A stretch of DNA of 64,000 bases from Octopus vulgaris (GCA_951406725.2 OX597831.1:49786001-49850000); one strand, 5' to 3'. Positions 26,136-40,461 are shown, counted from the first letter of the stretch. The notes: generated by a model not told the origin, from the sequence alone. A program made the numbers and translations.

Positions 26136-26436
26136 ATAAGTATTTTCTAGTCATGAGTTATTTGAGGACTATGTTTAGGAATTTTCAGATGTAAACTAAT
26201 TTGAAAGATGCAGAGATCATGTGATCAGAAATTTATCGCTTAAAATTTAGCTACTATTGTACGTTAAAATGGTACTAAAAGATCAAATTTATTTGGAAAA
26301 TATATATGTTAGATTTATAAAGGTATATGTGAGGGAGGTGGTAGAAAGAAGGATATAGCTTATCGTGAGGGATATAATATATACCAGACAGAAAGTATAC
26401 GAATTCGGCACGGAAGGAGTATGATTTCAGAACGTA

Positions 26437-26508
<72 letters not shown>

Positions 26509-26595
26509 ACACACATACACACACACACATATATATATATATATATTCATATATATATATATATGTATATGTATAAGCATATATACATATATATG

Positions 26596-26673
<78 letters not shown>

Positions 26674-27683
26674 AATATATGCATACTCATACGAACAAGT
26701 ATATACACACATATAGCGAGAGACCGAGGAAGAGAGTTAGATAGTCGTATATACATTAACAGAGATCAAATGTCCAATAAAACAATTGTTTGACTATGTG
26801 GGACTGTGCCTTTGTTCTTGTATGCGAGCATGAATGCGTGGACTCACATGTTGCCTTCAAAGTATCTCCGTCGAAGTAACTGTATGCCGTGTCAATTTTT
26901 TTCAAATTTCCTCTAACGACGCCAGTATTTATTAATAATTCTCTTTCCCATTGTTTGCAATTATTGTCATTCAAGTAACACTAGTTCATAAGTTCAAATA
27001 CAACGTTTAATGTAAAACTTATTGACTAAAATACGAGTTTGTTTCCATCGAATTAAGGTTTAACCGCCTACTCTCATGCAGTTTTCTTTCTTCCTATTAG
27101 CTACGACTATACCGAGCACCATAGCGTTTCCTATGTTATGGTAAAGAATTTGTCATTAATGTTAGGAAATAGAAGTTATTCAGAAAGTAGTTCTAACGGT
27201 TGCGTATATTTACACATTTTCAACGAACTGAATTGCTTAAGGAGGACATTTGAAGACGGAAATTTGATGTTATTAAAAGAAATACCAGCGCAGTTACTGA
27301 AAACGACATTGTAAATATTGATATAAGCCAATGATAAAAGAGTGATTTATATTGTCAAGAGACCACAAATTTGGTTGTCGATTAAATGTATCGTAGTATT
27401 TAACGGTTATTTTATCGACCCGGTCACCAGGAAGAAAGTTTACGGATTCGGAGTGGAAGGAATACAATTTCAGAATGTAAGCAAATAGTGCAAAGAATAT
27501 TTATTGTTCGATGTTCCAGCTAACCAGACAATACATAGATAATGACAAAATTTGGGGGACTTCTTATAAAATTTGCACATATGCATTTACACAAACACAT
27601 ACGCACAAATACGTCGAGGCTTATTCCATATTCAAGGCTAGAAATATTTCTAGTATATAAATATAGATAACGTACAGCATAAC

Positions 27684-27720
<37 letters not shown>

Positions 27721-27727
<7 letters not shown>

Positions 27728-28029
27728 ATCACGTGACCGACCAGACCATCAGAATGTTGCTACACATCGCTGGTCACAATGCGTTCGCATTGTTTTTGCC
27801 TTCGAATGACGCCACTCCGCTGGCTAAGCGAGCAGGCGAACAGAAGAAAGAATGAGAGAAAGAGTGGTGAAAGAGTACAGCGGGGATCTCCACCCCCTGC
27901 CGGGGAGCCTCGTGGAGCTTTTAGGTGTTTTCGCTCAATAAACACTCACAACGCCCTGTCTGGGAATCGAAACCGCGATCCTGCGGTCGCGAGTCCGCTG
28001 TCCTAACCACTGGGCCATTGCGCCTCCAC
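27721..28029 (-). mobile_element. Group A tRNA(Arg)-like SINE with tail type 3
   Basis: Head nearly identical to the 13431-13819 SINE; different 3' region. Confidence 0.85.
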
Positions 28030-28050
28030 ACACACACACACACACACACT

Positions 28051-28107
<57 letters not shown>

Positions 28108-28135
28108 TATATGCAGCTAAGTATATGTCCGGTTA

Positions 28136-28182
28136 TAGAGTGACCAATGGTTTCACATCCACGGAGGACTCGTCAGGATCTA
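28136..28182 (-). ncRNA. Degenerate hammerhead downstream of a PLE endonuclease remnant
   Basis: CTGACGA-gtcc tccgt ggat gt-GAAACC-att-GGTC; stem I partly mismatched. Confidence 0.45.
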
Positions 28183-28399
28183 CAGCCGAAGGCCATATAG
28201 TTCTTCCAATCTCGGGGTAGAAATCTGTTACGGTCAGTTAGTAAATGAAGAATAAACAATCCGAGTCGACGACGACGGGTTATCTTCCTTAGCACCCTTA
28301 GACCAGTTCATATAGGTAAAAAAAATTGGAACGTTGAACTCTGCCTTTAGGGTGCTTTTAGCTCTTAAGGACCTTCGCAGATCTGATCGATGAATGGGG

Positions 28400-28730
28400 A
28401 ATCTCATGCTTACAGCAGTTAGCGTTTATTAGTGGATGCAGGGACTGTCAATTTCTTGCCAGGAATTCAATGATTCTAATTCCAAGGAGTCTTTGAGTAT
28501 CCTTGCTCGCTCAGCTATGCAAAGCTTGTACTGTCTGCTCCCGTTTATATAAGATCTCGGCGACTCTACGATCCTCCACTTGATATCGTATGGGGTTCCT
28601 TCATCTTTGAGGCACCGCACGTGGCTTACCAGGATGTGACGAATAATCTTTCCGGAATCCTGAAAGAGGACCTATGGTTGTGCCGGCACCGCTTGTAGGC
28701 AGTTTCGGCCGACCCAAGTTATTTCCGGAC
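28400..28730 (-). pseudogene. Penelope-like GIY-YIG endonuclease C-terminal fragment
   Basis: LKDEGTPYDIKWRIV..Y...KLCIAE..IL...LNS..E..SPCIH. Confidence 0.7.
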
Positions 28731-29094
28731 TTGAGTGTTGGTTGTGTTCACATTTCTCGCATATTTTCCGTTGCTTCCAGACCTGGAGAAGTAGATGCTA
28801 TCGCTGATATTACTGGAGCTGTCATCGGTGCTGTCATTACGGAGCGTGGTTCTTCTGATATCGGTGTGGCTATTGATATATTAGTCAATCCTGGCTGTAG
28901 TGTTGCTGCTGTTGTCGCTGATGATGATGTGGATGCCGTCGTCGAAAATACTGGGCGTGGGGCCAGTAACTTCACTGTTGCTGCTGGTGTTGGCACGGTC
29001 ATCATCTTCGGTCGTTGCGCTGGTGTTGGGGTCACTAGTCTCAGTTTTTGTGTTTCTGTGTTGTTGCCGTCGTTGTTGTTAGATGAGCCGTTGC

Positions 29095-29156
<62 letters not shown>

Positions 29157-29583
29157 GGAGAATAAACATCAAATTCGAGTCAACGATTGTATATAACACC
29201 ACGCTCCTATACATATGATCATATATAAAAGGAATACTAATATAAAAAAGCACAGACGGTAAAAATTATATATGCATATAAAAATACAAAATATATAGGA
29301 AGGCCTATCAAGAAAACAATCGACTAAAGTAAGTAATCAAAACGGATTACTAAAGCGTGTCAGGCGACTAAAAGATATTAATCGACTAAAAAATGTATAC
29401 TCCCCTCAATTAAAAATATGTCAAAATAGTTCGTTTCATAAAAACCATGGTAGGTTGAAGTCCAAGGAGCGTAAGAGAGTTCTACAAAATTAAGTAAAAA
29501 CACATCTATAGCCATTTTTTAGTCGACTGATTTTTTTTAGCTTAGAAAGGTTTTTAGTTTTTTAGTATATGCACTTGTATATA

Positions 29584-30090
29584 TACTAGACTTGAAACGG
29601 CCCTTCAGGCGGCATTAGTTCTCTTTCCTGCAGAGAGCACATTTGAGGCATTCGGTCCCACTAACGAGCCGCTTTGCGCCCCTCTACCCTTTGAGTAATG
29701 TAAAGCCTAAACCTATTTATGCAAATGTGCTAAGCACTAATGCTGATCATAGTTAAATCTATAAGCGTAGGAGCGAGGTAAATGCGGTAAAAATAGGGCG
29801 GGGGTAGTGGGGCCCCATATAAGCGGTCCTTCAGAAATCGAACTTCCATACGATACACCCTGGGAGTTTTTGGTATGAAATTCATTGTCATTGCTCCGAA
29901 TTGGTTGTCAGTGCCATGTATTTAGTTTAAAATGCAGTAAAAATAGGGGGTCAGTGGGCCCCAATTAGGCGGCCCTTAAAACTATAGAACCCCTTAGGAC
30001 ATTCCCTGGTTTGAGTTTCTATCTCCTTGCACCAACAGTCTAGGGGGAGTAAACGAACATAAAGACTTAACAGACCAAGAAACGTCGCTC
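29584..30090 (-). mobile_element. Probable non-autonomous Helitron-like repeat
   Basis: ACTAG end next to a GC-rich hairpin-like segment; internal ~150-bp subrepeat (aaaataggg..agtggg(g)cccca..gcgg.cctt at ~29790 and ~29940). Confidence 0.35.
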
Positions 30091-30107
30091 AAATTAACGC
30101 AAATTTG

Positions 30108-30520
30108 TACAAATGCACCATCCTCAACAATCTACACAATTCTACAACCGTATATATTGGATCAATTATAAATTTTAAACATCGATACGCTGCTCATCTC
30201 AATTATTTTTAATATGAGAAACAGAGTAAATCCACACCCTTCGCCCGTCACATACATCATCTCAAAAGTAAGAATAGTCCATATAATTTGTCATGGTCCA
30301 TAATAACATTAAGACTTCCATACCAGGATCAACGCTCATCCTGTAAGTTATGCCTAAAAGAGGCATTCTACATATTAAAACACAACTCTTCAGTACTACT
30401 AAATAAGTATGATGAGGCCCTAGCTACATGCAACCACCGCTTTTTTCATACCTTCAATTATTACCACAGATCTAAATGTAGCCTAAATCACCACACAGTA
30501 CATATACCGAACACCCCTTA
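30108..30520 (+). pseudogene. Second copy of the Penelope-like GIY-YIG 3' end (homologous to 20810-21260)
   Basis: YKCTILNNLHNSTTVYIGS..CKLCLKEAFYIL..LLNKYDEALATCNHR. Confidence 0.8.
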
Positions 30521-30645
30521 CATAGTATTTGACTTTCCAATGTTTTATTTAACTTATTTGACTTTGCATTGTCCTAATTCTTTAACTTTTCAATTATTAA
30601 TTTTAATTTTTTAATTGTTTAATAATACATATATAAACATGTAGG

Positions 30646-30710
<65 letters not shown>

Positions 30711-30834
30711 GTGTGTGTCTGTGTGTACGTGTACATGTGTGTGTATGTGTATATATATATTTGCAGATATGCGCATGGGTATAGGTACATAAGTATGCTG
30801 GCCTATATAATAGTGCATATAGACATGTACGCGC

Positions 30835-30871
<37 letters not shown>

Positions 30872-31337
30872 CACACATACTCACACTCATCTTTCTTTCT
30901 CTCTCTGATTCATCAGTCCCCACTATCCCTGTAGCTAGTACAATATATACCTACGTCTAGTTTTAGAAACTTGACCATTATATCTTATTATTTTTCCCTT
31001 CCTTTTTGAAGTTTACTAATTAAGAAATAAATATATTGCTGAACCGATAAGGATAACATATCCATTGTCTTTTGTCATGCTAAAAGATTCGTCAGTTATT
31101 CATCAAATCAAACATGAGCTTCTTGAAAAAGAAGTCGAAAGCAATGGATAACGTGATCCTAGTTATATATTATCAAAAAAGAAAAGATTTAGATGGTCAC
31201 TACTGGAACAGTCTTGTCCAGTTTGGCCTGATCTAGGACTACTAAACAAAGAGAAATATTTTGAAAGTCTTTATATGTGGAGAAACAGCAATTACAGCTA
31301 TTGTGTGATAATTGTAATTATAGTAATATTCTTTCCT

Positions 31338-31545
31338 AATCTAGGTACACGGCCCGAAAGATTGTGGAAGGGGACTAGTCAATTAGATCGACTCCAGTAC
31401 GCAACTGGAACTTAATTTATCGATCCCGAAAGGATGAAAGGCAAAGTCAACTTCGGCGGAATTTTAACTCAGAACGTAAAAGCAGACGAAATACCGCTCA
31501 GCATTTCACCCGGCGTATTAACGTTTCCGCTAGCTCACCACCTTT
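31338..31545 (-). mobile_element. Group C SINE (Meta-domain-like)
   Basis: Reverse complement of 44465-44660. Confidence 0.8.
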
Positions 31546-31957
31546 TAATTATAGTAATATTGATTCATTGAAATACCTTGCAGAGGGTGTTGCTGTTGTA
31601 GATGTTTAAGTTCGAGTAAATAAATGAATTATTGGAGTAGATTCAAGCCATGACTATCCTGTCTTTTTCTTATATCAAGCACTACCTTGTATATTACATT
31701 CTTCCTTCTTGAAGACAATAGAATGTGATTTGAGGAAGATTTAGTTGCTATTTCTAGCTCATTGGGTAAGTACTGAGAACAAAGCTGGAAAACCACTCGC
31801 TGACATAGGAAATATCAAATATCGCCTGCTTTCAAATTTCAAACCAACCGCTGAATGAGTTTCTAAAATCCCACAAGGTTTACGAAGAAAATGTTTAATC
31901 AAATACAAACAACATGAGCTTAAATTTATAAAACTAAAGACTCATTAATTTTCACAG

Positions 31958-32080
31958 CACAGAAGGACTCCTACAGATTCTTTATATTCTTCTCAATGGA
32001 AGTTGGAGCATACAAGGCATTCCCACTCCAGGTTTTACCATCCTGGTTGCCTCCCACTGGCTCCGTGCAGATTTGAGATG
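31958..32080 (+). other. Possible isolated internal exon (123 nt), product unknown
   Basis: ttttcacag| acceptor, ATG|gtaagc donor, GC-richer unique sequence, two open frames; no homology recognised. Confidence 0.25.
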
Positions 32081-32404
32081 GTAAGCTACGAAATTTAATC
32101 GTGTACAGTAATTAAATTGTTGACGCTGTATCACATTTTAGAAAATGTGACAGCAATTCTATTCCTAACTAAAATAACGTTGAGTCGATTCAACAAGTCA
32201 CTAAAAATAGTAATGTAAATATGGTTCCTAAAATAGCCAGATAAAAGCTCACGTGGCTGCAAAAAAAAAAAATTAATTTCGATTATGGCTGATGAGTAAC
32301 ATTAAAATGCAGAATATGGCTTCATTCACTCTCATGTAACAGAAAGTATTAATGCAATTTAAAATAGGAAACTAAAAAAAGTAATGATAATATGGTGTAT
32401 ACAA

Positions 32405-32545
32405 GTCATAATCATCATCATCACCATCACCATCACCATCACCATCACCATCATCATCACCATCATCACCATCATCATCACCATCATCATCACCATCATC
32501 GACAACACCACCACCACCACCGCCGCCGCCGTCACCACCACCGCA
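32405..32545. repeat. (CAT/CAC/CGC)n trinucleotide microsatellite
   Basis: Direct inspection. Confidence 0.9.
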
Positions 32546-32817
32546 TAATCAGTAAAAGAACACTCAATATGTTTCGTTAATTATATTTTCAATGATTTCT
32601 TTCCGTGAATATGTTTTGTTCTGCGAAGGAAGTTATGAGTTTCTTGTTAACAATTTGAAAATCTGTAACTAGTAACACATTGCCTATGTTTTTAAGCTGA
32701 AACGGAATGATCTACTGTGTCAGTTTCTCATTCTAATGCAAGCTCAGACTCTTCTTGAGATCGTTGTTGTTGTTACAAATTGATGATGCATTGGTGAAGT
32801 GTCATCGACATCTTACT

Positions 32818-32858
<41 letters not shown>

Positions 32859-32886
32859 CCATTATCGGTAGGAACCTTTTAAAAAA

Positions 32887-32969
<83 letters not shown>

Positions 32970-33152
32970 GAGTTTACGAAAAAAAACAAAAGACGAAGAC
33001 AGGTGGCGTACAAAACAAACTGATGTATTAGTATAACGCTCAGGAATAGAAAAAGTCTTTTACGCTTCGAGCCTACGCTCTCTACAGAAAGGGATACAGA
33101 AAAAACAAGGAGAGAAAAAAATGTGTGTAGTGGCTAACAATCTATCATGGCG
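32970..33152 (-). mobile_element. ~170-bp dispersed repeat with minimal hammerhead-like motif (33057-33091)
   Basis: cttt-CTGTAGA-gagc gtag gctc-GAAGC-GTA-aaag; homolog of 8511-8673. Confidence 0.7.
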
Positions 33153-33175
33153 ACTGATATATATATATATATGGC

Positions 33176-33219
<44 letters not shown>

Positions 33220-33322
33220 CATTTTAAAAAGGTTCCTACCGGTAATGGTTATATTTCCATACCGAAATCTACCCGGAACTAATTGTTGATTTTGAAATCA
33301 ATAATAACTTAGCCTTATATTA

Positions 33323-33365
<43 letters not shown>

Positions 33366-33714
33366 TCGTGTTGATGTGAGCCTGCGTGTGTATATCTCGA
33401 TCTATACAAAGATGAGATTTATCATCTGCTCCTTCTTTTCATCTTTTTATCAGTTTTCGCTTAACACCATCCAACTATCGCACGTACTATTATACATGCT
33501 CTGCTATACCAATGAATTTACAAATTATTTCCATGCACCAATTTGCAATACAACATACATCTAACTTTGCCTTGTATACTTTACTAATATTGCTGAGGTG
33601 AGTCAACTGAGTTGGAGAAGATTGCAATTACCTTGCGTGATAATGAGAATCAGCTTTAGAAGACACACGTATTTTCTAAAACTTAAAAGTATCGATAGCT
33701 TTTACCACACTCGG

Positions 33715-33910
33715 TACATGGCCAACAATTTCGAAGAGGGGATGAGTTGAATTCATCGACCCCAGAAAAGTTCAACTCGGCGGAATTTGAAAACAGAACG
33801 TGAAGACGAACAAAATGCCGCTAAGCAATCTGAGTTCAAAATCTTGCTGAGGCCGACCTTCTCTATCATCTTTCGGGGTCAATAAATCAGTTACCAGTTG
33901 AGCACTGGGA
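33715..33910. mobile_element. Rearranged, degenerate group C SINE fragments in both orientations
   Basis: ctcggcggaatttgaa (minus) followed by ctgagttcaaa..tttcggggtcaataaa (plus). Confidence 0.5.
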
Positions 33911-34443
33911 CCGCAGATTTCAAGGATTATTACTATAATGTTAGTATTCTTTTTAAAGAAAAAATGTTTCGCAAAAATTGTTTCCTCTCATGTTTTCAAC
34001 TTTTATCTGTTTCTTCCCACTTCGACTGTCTTCTCTTATCCGTTGTATTTTCTTTCGTCATTTCTTGGTTAATTTCTCCAGACATTGTACGTGTGATATA
34101 ATCACTTTCCTATTTCATTTACACCATGTTTTACTATTTTATCTTAAATGCTAGGTCCATCTTCCTTTTTACATTACACTCGCACCTGACATATCATCCA
34201 TCTCTCTCCACATTTTTATCACAGGAAATGCAATTACATCAAAAAATCATTCTCCCATAGCACCTCACATCACACGATTAATCTTAGGTTTTCGGAAAAA
34301 TTGCAGAAAGCTATAGAAACGCTTGGAAAGAGAACAGCAGGCCGCAGGGGGGCCTTCGTAAATAAAGTGAGGGAGTTAGAGATTCAGAGCCCAGGTTGTT
34401 CAAACTCTGCAGATTCATTTGACAGATTTATTTGACACCTGAA

Positions 34444-34635
<192 letters not shown>

Positions 34636-35200
34636 ACACATACACACATACATACATACATACACACAAACGCACATACAAGCACATCGCTTTCTAAGAT
34701 GAGTTTTCTGATATTCATTCAAGTGAAATACCTGTTTGCTGTTATTACCGTATACTTGGCTGAGTATTCTACAAACGCCGGCATTCTTAACGCAATCTTC
34801 ATGGATTAAAAGCCTATTGCAGGGTGAAAATCATGGATCTGTGAATTATAGGTATAGTCTATTCATCGGGCTATAATACTGTTTCCGTTTATGCAATTTC
34901 ACTTGAAAGGACTCAATGCGTAAATAAAAAAGGAATAGGTTATTATACGTGTGAGAAAATGTGTATATGCATTTCCAATTCCTGCTTATTACTTTCTTAT
35001 GTAACTATTGTATAATACTTGCTGTCACTTCAGTGTTGAATCCGTATGTTTTTTTTCTTTCTATCAATTCCTGATTGTCATTGAAGTATATTCTACGTTT
35101 AGTTTTTCTGTTCTCATCATCACTCGCTCATCCATTTAGAATGATCAAAACAGTTTACTTCCCCGCTGCTCCAGCTCTCAATCTGTAACATTTCCCCTTA

Positions 35201-35606
35201 GGCGCAGGAGTGGCTGTGTGGTAAGTAGCTTGTTTACCGACCACATGGTTCCGGGTTCAATCCCACTGGGTGGCACCTTGGGCAAGTGTCTTCTACTATA
35301 GCCTCGGGCCGACCAAAGCCTTGTGAGTGGATTTGGTAGACAGAAACTGAAAGAAGCCCGTCGTATATATGTATATATATATTCGTGTGTGTGTTTGTGT
35401 GTCTGTGTTTGTCCTCCTAGCATTGCTTGACAACCGATGCTGGTGTGTTTATGTCCCCGTTACTTAGCGGTTCGGCGAAAGAGACCGATAGAATAAGTAC
35501 TGGGCTTACAAAAGAATAAGTCCCGGGGTCGATTTGCTCGATTAAAGGCGGTGCTCCAGCATGGCCGCAGTCAAATGACTGAAATAAGTAAGAGAGTAAG
35601 AGAGTA
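35201..35606 (+). mobile_element. Full-length group B tRNA-derived SINE
   Basis: A-box TGGCTGTGTGG, B-box GGTTCAATCCC, CCTTGGGCAAG, internal (TA)(TG)n, tail ending in (gtaagaga)n. Confidence 0.9.
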
Positions 35607-36793
35607 TATGTAACTCGTCCTTAGTCCCATTCTTTCTTTCTCTATCATGTTCGTCTTTGCCTTTTCTTTGTCGCTGTTTCCACTTCTCTAATACTACCAT
35701 CATTTCTTTCACCTCCCTGCTATCCAAATCTTTCTTCCCTCCCTGTCATCTTATTAAAATACTAAAGAAAACATTCTCAAAGGTATTAGATCTATAGACT
35801 GTCTGATATGCTGCGTTATCCTCGATTTTATGCCAATAATTGGTGTACACTCACATTCGTTTCTAATATATATGAAACGACAAGCAATGGAACCGCTGTA
35901 GAACTGCAATGAAACCGCAATTGACCTTACAGAGGGCTCAAGAGTTTTACAGGAAGAGAGCATAACGTACACCCCAATGAACATGAACGTTTCTTCAAAT
36001 TCTTCTCGAAGCGTGATGTGTATATCCATTTCGAGATTTTTCAATAATTAGTATTGCTCCAACTACAGAGTCATGCATTAGACTTGAATTACCAGAGAAT
36101 TATCTCCAATGGAATGCATCGAGAGAGCTTTGTGTGTCTTGGGTTTTGTGAAGAGATGTGTGGGACAATAGATCTCAATTAGGACGAGTAGCAGTAGCAT
36201 TGACAGGTGTCTTCCGACAGATCTTACCAATGACCCCAGATGAAAAGAAAACGATGAAATTCACATTTGTCTGAATGGATCAAAGTAAAATCTCCTAGTG
36301 TCTTGTTAATGCTATCTCTAGAGATTTCCTGTAGAAATTATAGACAGCACTGATTTGTTACGACGTTTCGTATCTGAGTTCGACTAAAGTAAGCAATAAT
36401 GATATTGAAAATTTAAAAAAATGAGTAATGAGTAACACAGTAGAACAAAATATTGACTTATAAAGCGTTTAGCATACTTTGTAGTATACTATGGTTGCAT
36501 AACGAAATACGGCGTCCCTACAAGTCATTAATCTTCTATTGTCTATATACATGAATGTAATTTTGCCAATAATTTCCTATTGGCAAAAATTGAAGAGGAA
36601 AGGTTTCCTTCTGATAGTATCAGGGGTCATTCACCCAACTCTTATGGAGATAATGTTACTTCATTGGGAGGAATATATTGTTTATTGAATAATGATTTTT
36701 CTCATAGGCGCAAAATGACGACGTCCTTTCGACAGCGCGAACTCTAATAAAAATTGCACTAAAAACTAAATTGTTACAAAAATTGAATTAGAT

Positions 36794-37027
36794 TTACTCT
36801 TACTCTTTTACTCTACTACTTGTTTCAGTCATGTGACTGTGGTCATGCTGGAGCACCGCCTTTAGTCGAGCAAATCGACCCCAGAACTTATTCTTTGTAA
36901 GCCTAGTACTTATTCTATCGGTTCATTTGGCTAACCACTAAGTTACGGGGACGTAAACACACCAGCATCGGTTGTCAAGCGATGTTGGGGGGACAAACAC
37001 AGACACACAACACATACACACATTCAT

Positions 37028-37090
<63 letters not shown>

Positions 37091-37232
37091 CATATATACG
37101 ACGGGCTTCTTTCAGTTTCCGTCTACCAAATCCACTCACAAGGCTTTGGTCGGCCCAAGGCTATAGTAGAAGGCACCTGCCGAAGGTGCCATGCAGTGAG
37201 ACTGAACCCGGAACCATGTGGTTCGTAAGCAA
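36794..37232 (-). mobile_element. Group B SINE
   Basis: Reverse complement of 35201-35606. Confidence 0.9.
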
Positions 37233-37771
37233 GAATACAACAACGTATAAAACCTCATTCTCACTGACATTTGTTGGAAGGGGTTGAGCAGAGTCAGTTT
37301 ATATACACTATTCAAATCTCGATAGGGTTGGCTTTACTTTTACCTCTGTCGCGGATATTAGAAATTGTGTATTAGAAATAGACTAAACTCAGTTATATGA
37401 ACTATAAACACGCATAACAACATTTATATATTCTAATCAAAATATGGATCATGTTCTCTGAATAAAGTACCGACCCCTATACTATATGAAGTATAGGGAT
37501 CGGTCGAATTACACGGGTGTGAGTTGAAGGCACGGCCGTAGATCAATTGCTGAAACAATTTGGAGGAAAGACCAAATTGAATGAACGGAACTTTGACAAT
37601 TAGCTGTAATATATATATCCTGAAAGCACAATTTTAAAGCTATATTAAATATTTAAAGAAAATAATTTGCTCGTGGAATAAATGAAAAGCGTAACAAACA
37701 TAAAGCAGCAACATAACTCATGTAGCGAGAGAAAATACAGATATGTTAGGCATGGAAAACATGCAAAGATC

Positions 37772-37892
37772 GTATGTATGTATGTATGTATGTATGTATG
37801 TATGTATGTATGTATGTATGTATGTATGTATGTATGTATGTATGTATGTATGTATGCATGTATGTATGTATGCATGCATACATGTATGTATG
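37772..37892. repeat. (ATGT)n microsatellite
   Basis: Direct inspection. Confidence 0.95.
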
Positions 37893-37896
37893 TAAT

Positions 37897-37930
<34 letters not shown>

Positions 37931-38605
37931 GCTTGTCAAAATATTTAAATCAAATGCTGCAAGCATTCTAGCGAATTAACTGCAAACACCAGTAGAGACT
38001 CTAATTTAAAACAGTGTATTATCTGTATAGCGGTGTGTGCATGAGAATTATAGATAGATTATACAAAGATATACGAATATGTGCGAGTGTATGTATGTAT
38101 GTATGTTTGTATGTATGTATGTATGCTTCTACGTATGCGTGTCTCTGTACGTGATTGGCTTATCCGTATGGTTCGGAGTTTCGCTTGACGACCAATTTCC
38201 GGAGACCTCACCTATTTTCTGGTATAATGTTCGAGTGTCTTTAACCATAGAATTGTGTCGAACTAAGATTTGTGAGCATGTAAACCGGTTCGACGGAGGG
38301 TACCGTTCGCCCAAAATGACCAGCCTTGCTCCACCATATATGATGAAGATTCTGTTTGAAAATTACGTCAAAGATTCACGTGTCTCGGCGTCTCATTAAT
38401 GAACTAAATCAATGAGCCTCCAATTCAGTTGATCAGACACCTCTGGACTCATAATCGAGTCATTTTTAGTCTCTCTTTTTTCGGTAAACGCACACACACG
38501 CACGCACACAGACGCACACACACACACACGCGCGCGCGCATATATATATATTTATACATATCTATATATGGAGAGAGGGAGATGGATATATATATATATA
38601 TATAT

Positions 38606-39282
38606 GGGTACTTATATGTACTCATGATTTCTGTGGCGAGTAAACAATATGTGGAAATTGACGATTTAAAAGTCTGTTATCAGTATATTGGCATTGAAGT
38701 AATTGTGTTTAGCCCTCATTTATAAGTTGTTTATAATTTTAACCGTAAAGGTATTTTAATATACTGCCACATTTTTTGATGGAATTTTTTCTGTAAAAAA
38801 AAACTTCATCCTATATTAGTAGTAGACTTATTACTACTCGCTATAGGGACTGGTAACCACTACAACCTGTAGTGGAGAACAGACAACACGTTGTGCTGAA
38901 GCTGACCAAAGAATTTTATTTTTAGATATATCTGGGGTACTTATATGTACTCATGATTTTTGCTTCGGCTTTTTTCCGTGGGCGCAAGTAAGTATCTTAT
39001 TTATATCCTTTCGTATGTTCTACTGATGAGGAAATAATCTTTTATGAGATTAATTCCAAAATTGATTCAATATAGAAATAACGAACTTTTTAAGAAAATT
39101 CTATCGGCCGGCTTCCCCGACTTCAGTTCTTCGTGCTTTTTTTCTGTAGCGAGTAAATAATATGTGGAAATTGATTTAAAAGTCTGTTATCAGTATATTG
39201 GCATTGAAATAATTTTCTTTAGCCCTCATTTATAAGTTGTTTATAATTTTAACCGTAAAAGTATTTCAATATGCTGCCACAT
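38606..39282 (+). repeat. ~513-bp period partial tandem repeat enclosing a hammerhead relic
   Basis: 38628-38772 ~ 39141-39283; gggtacttatatgtactcatgattt at 38606 and 38935. Confidence 0.75.
39018..39077 (+). ncRNA. Type I hammerhead with G12->A substitution (probably inactive)
   Basis: ttcta-CTGATGA-ggaa a taatct..agatta a ttcc-AAAA-ttgattcaa-TA-tagaa. Confidence 0.6.
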
Positions 39283-39290
39283 TATGCTGC

Positions 39291-39351
<61 letters not shown>

Positions 39352-39509
39352 CACCAGAATGGACGAAAGCGCTAATATATGATATAAGATATAAGTTATA
39401 TGGTGTATAATAACATGTAATATACAAATAAATATCTGTAAATAGAAAACCATCCGAATTTCTGAGTACCTCATTTCTTCTAATATAAAATACCTGTACA
39501 TCTCCAAAC

Positions 39510-39580
<71 letters not shown>

Positions 39581-39653
39581 CATATATATATGTATATGTA
39601 TACATACATATATACATACATGCATACCTATATACATACAAGCATGCATGCAA

Positions 39654-39693
<40 letters not shown>

Positions 39694-39738
39694 AACGGCG
39701 GTGCAGCAGTATGGCCGCATCTCTGAGCTAAAACTAGA

Positions 39739-39853
<115 letters not shown>

Positions 39854-40461
39854 TACATGTTTAGGGCACTCAGACACAAACGAATTTCAAATTCTACACT
39901 TGGCGCTCCAATGGTAACTAATGAAAACAGCCCCTGATAAACATATACATCTGTAGATATTGCAGCCCAAACTCAAATGATGTCGTTGTTTTTGGATAAT
40001 TGCAAATTGAGGCTTCATTTTCTCTCAGCGTTGACGGGGAAAAAAATGACTGTACCTGACCGGATTCAAATCTGAATAGATCGTTAATGAAGTACTATGA
40101 GCAAACACTCTGTATTTAGTGGCTTCCTATAGCTATTAATTATATTTCTGTCTGATGACATGTCAAATAATATTCTGTCTCAGATGAGAATGATATCAGG
40201 TGCAAAACAAATTAATGGGATTATTGTTTCTATCCACAGTCACATTGAAAAACGCTAAATGTTTACAATTTTTAGAATGCTTCATCGGCTCCCATGTGTT
40301 GTATAAAACAGCTTCACTTTAAACTATAATGTTACAGAAGAGAATAGCAGCCTTTAATACATAGTCAACGCATATTTTTTGGCCTGTATGATTTACGTAC
40401 AAGTTAACGTGAAGACATTTATGTAGCTTAAATGGACCAATTAAATAAGTATATTAAAATA

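Noticed and set aside
28674-29165. 163-aa and 95-aa ORFs rich in Val/Ala or Thr/Ala
   Set aside because: Low-complexity degenerate trinucleotide sequence next to a PLE remnant, probably its linker; no splice or homology support
32392-32580. Poly-His ORF
   Set aside because: Pure (CAY)n microsatellite without flanking coding signal
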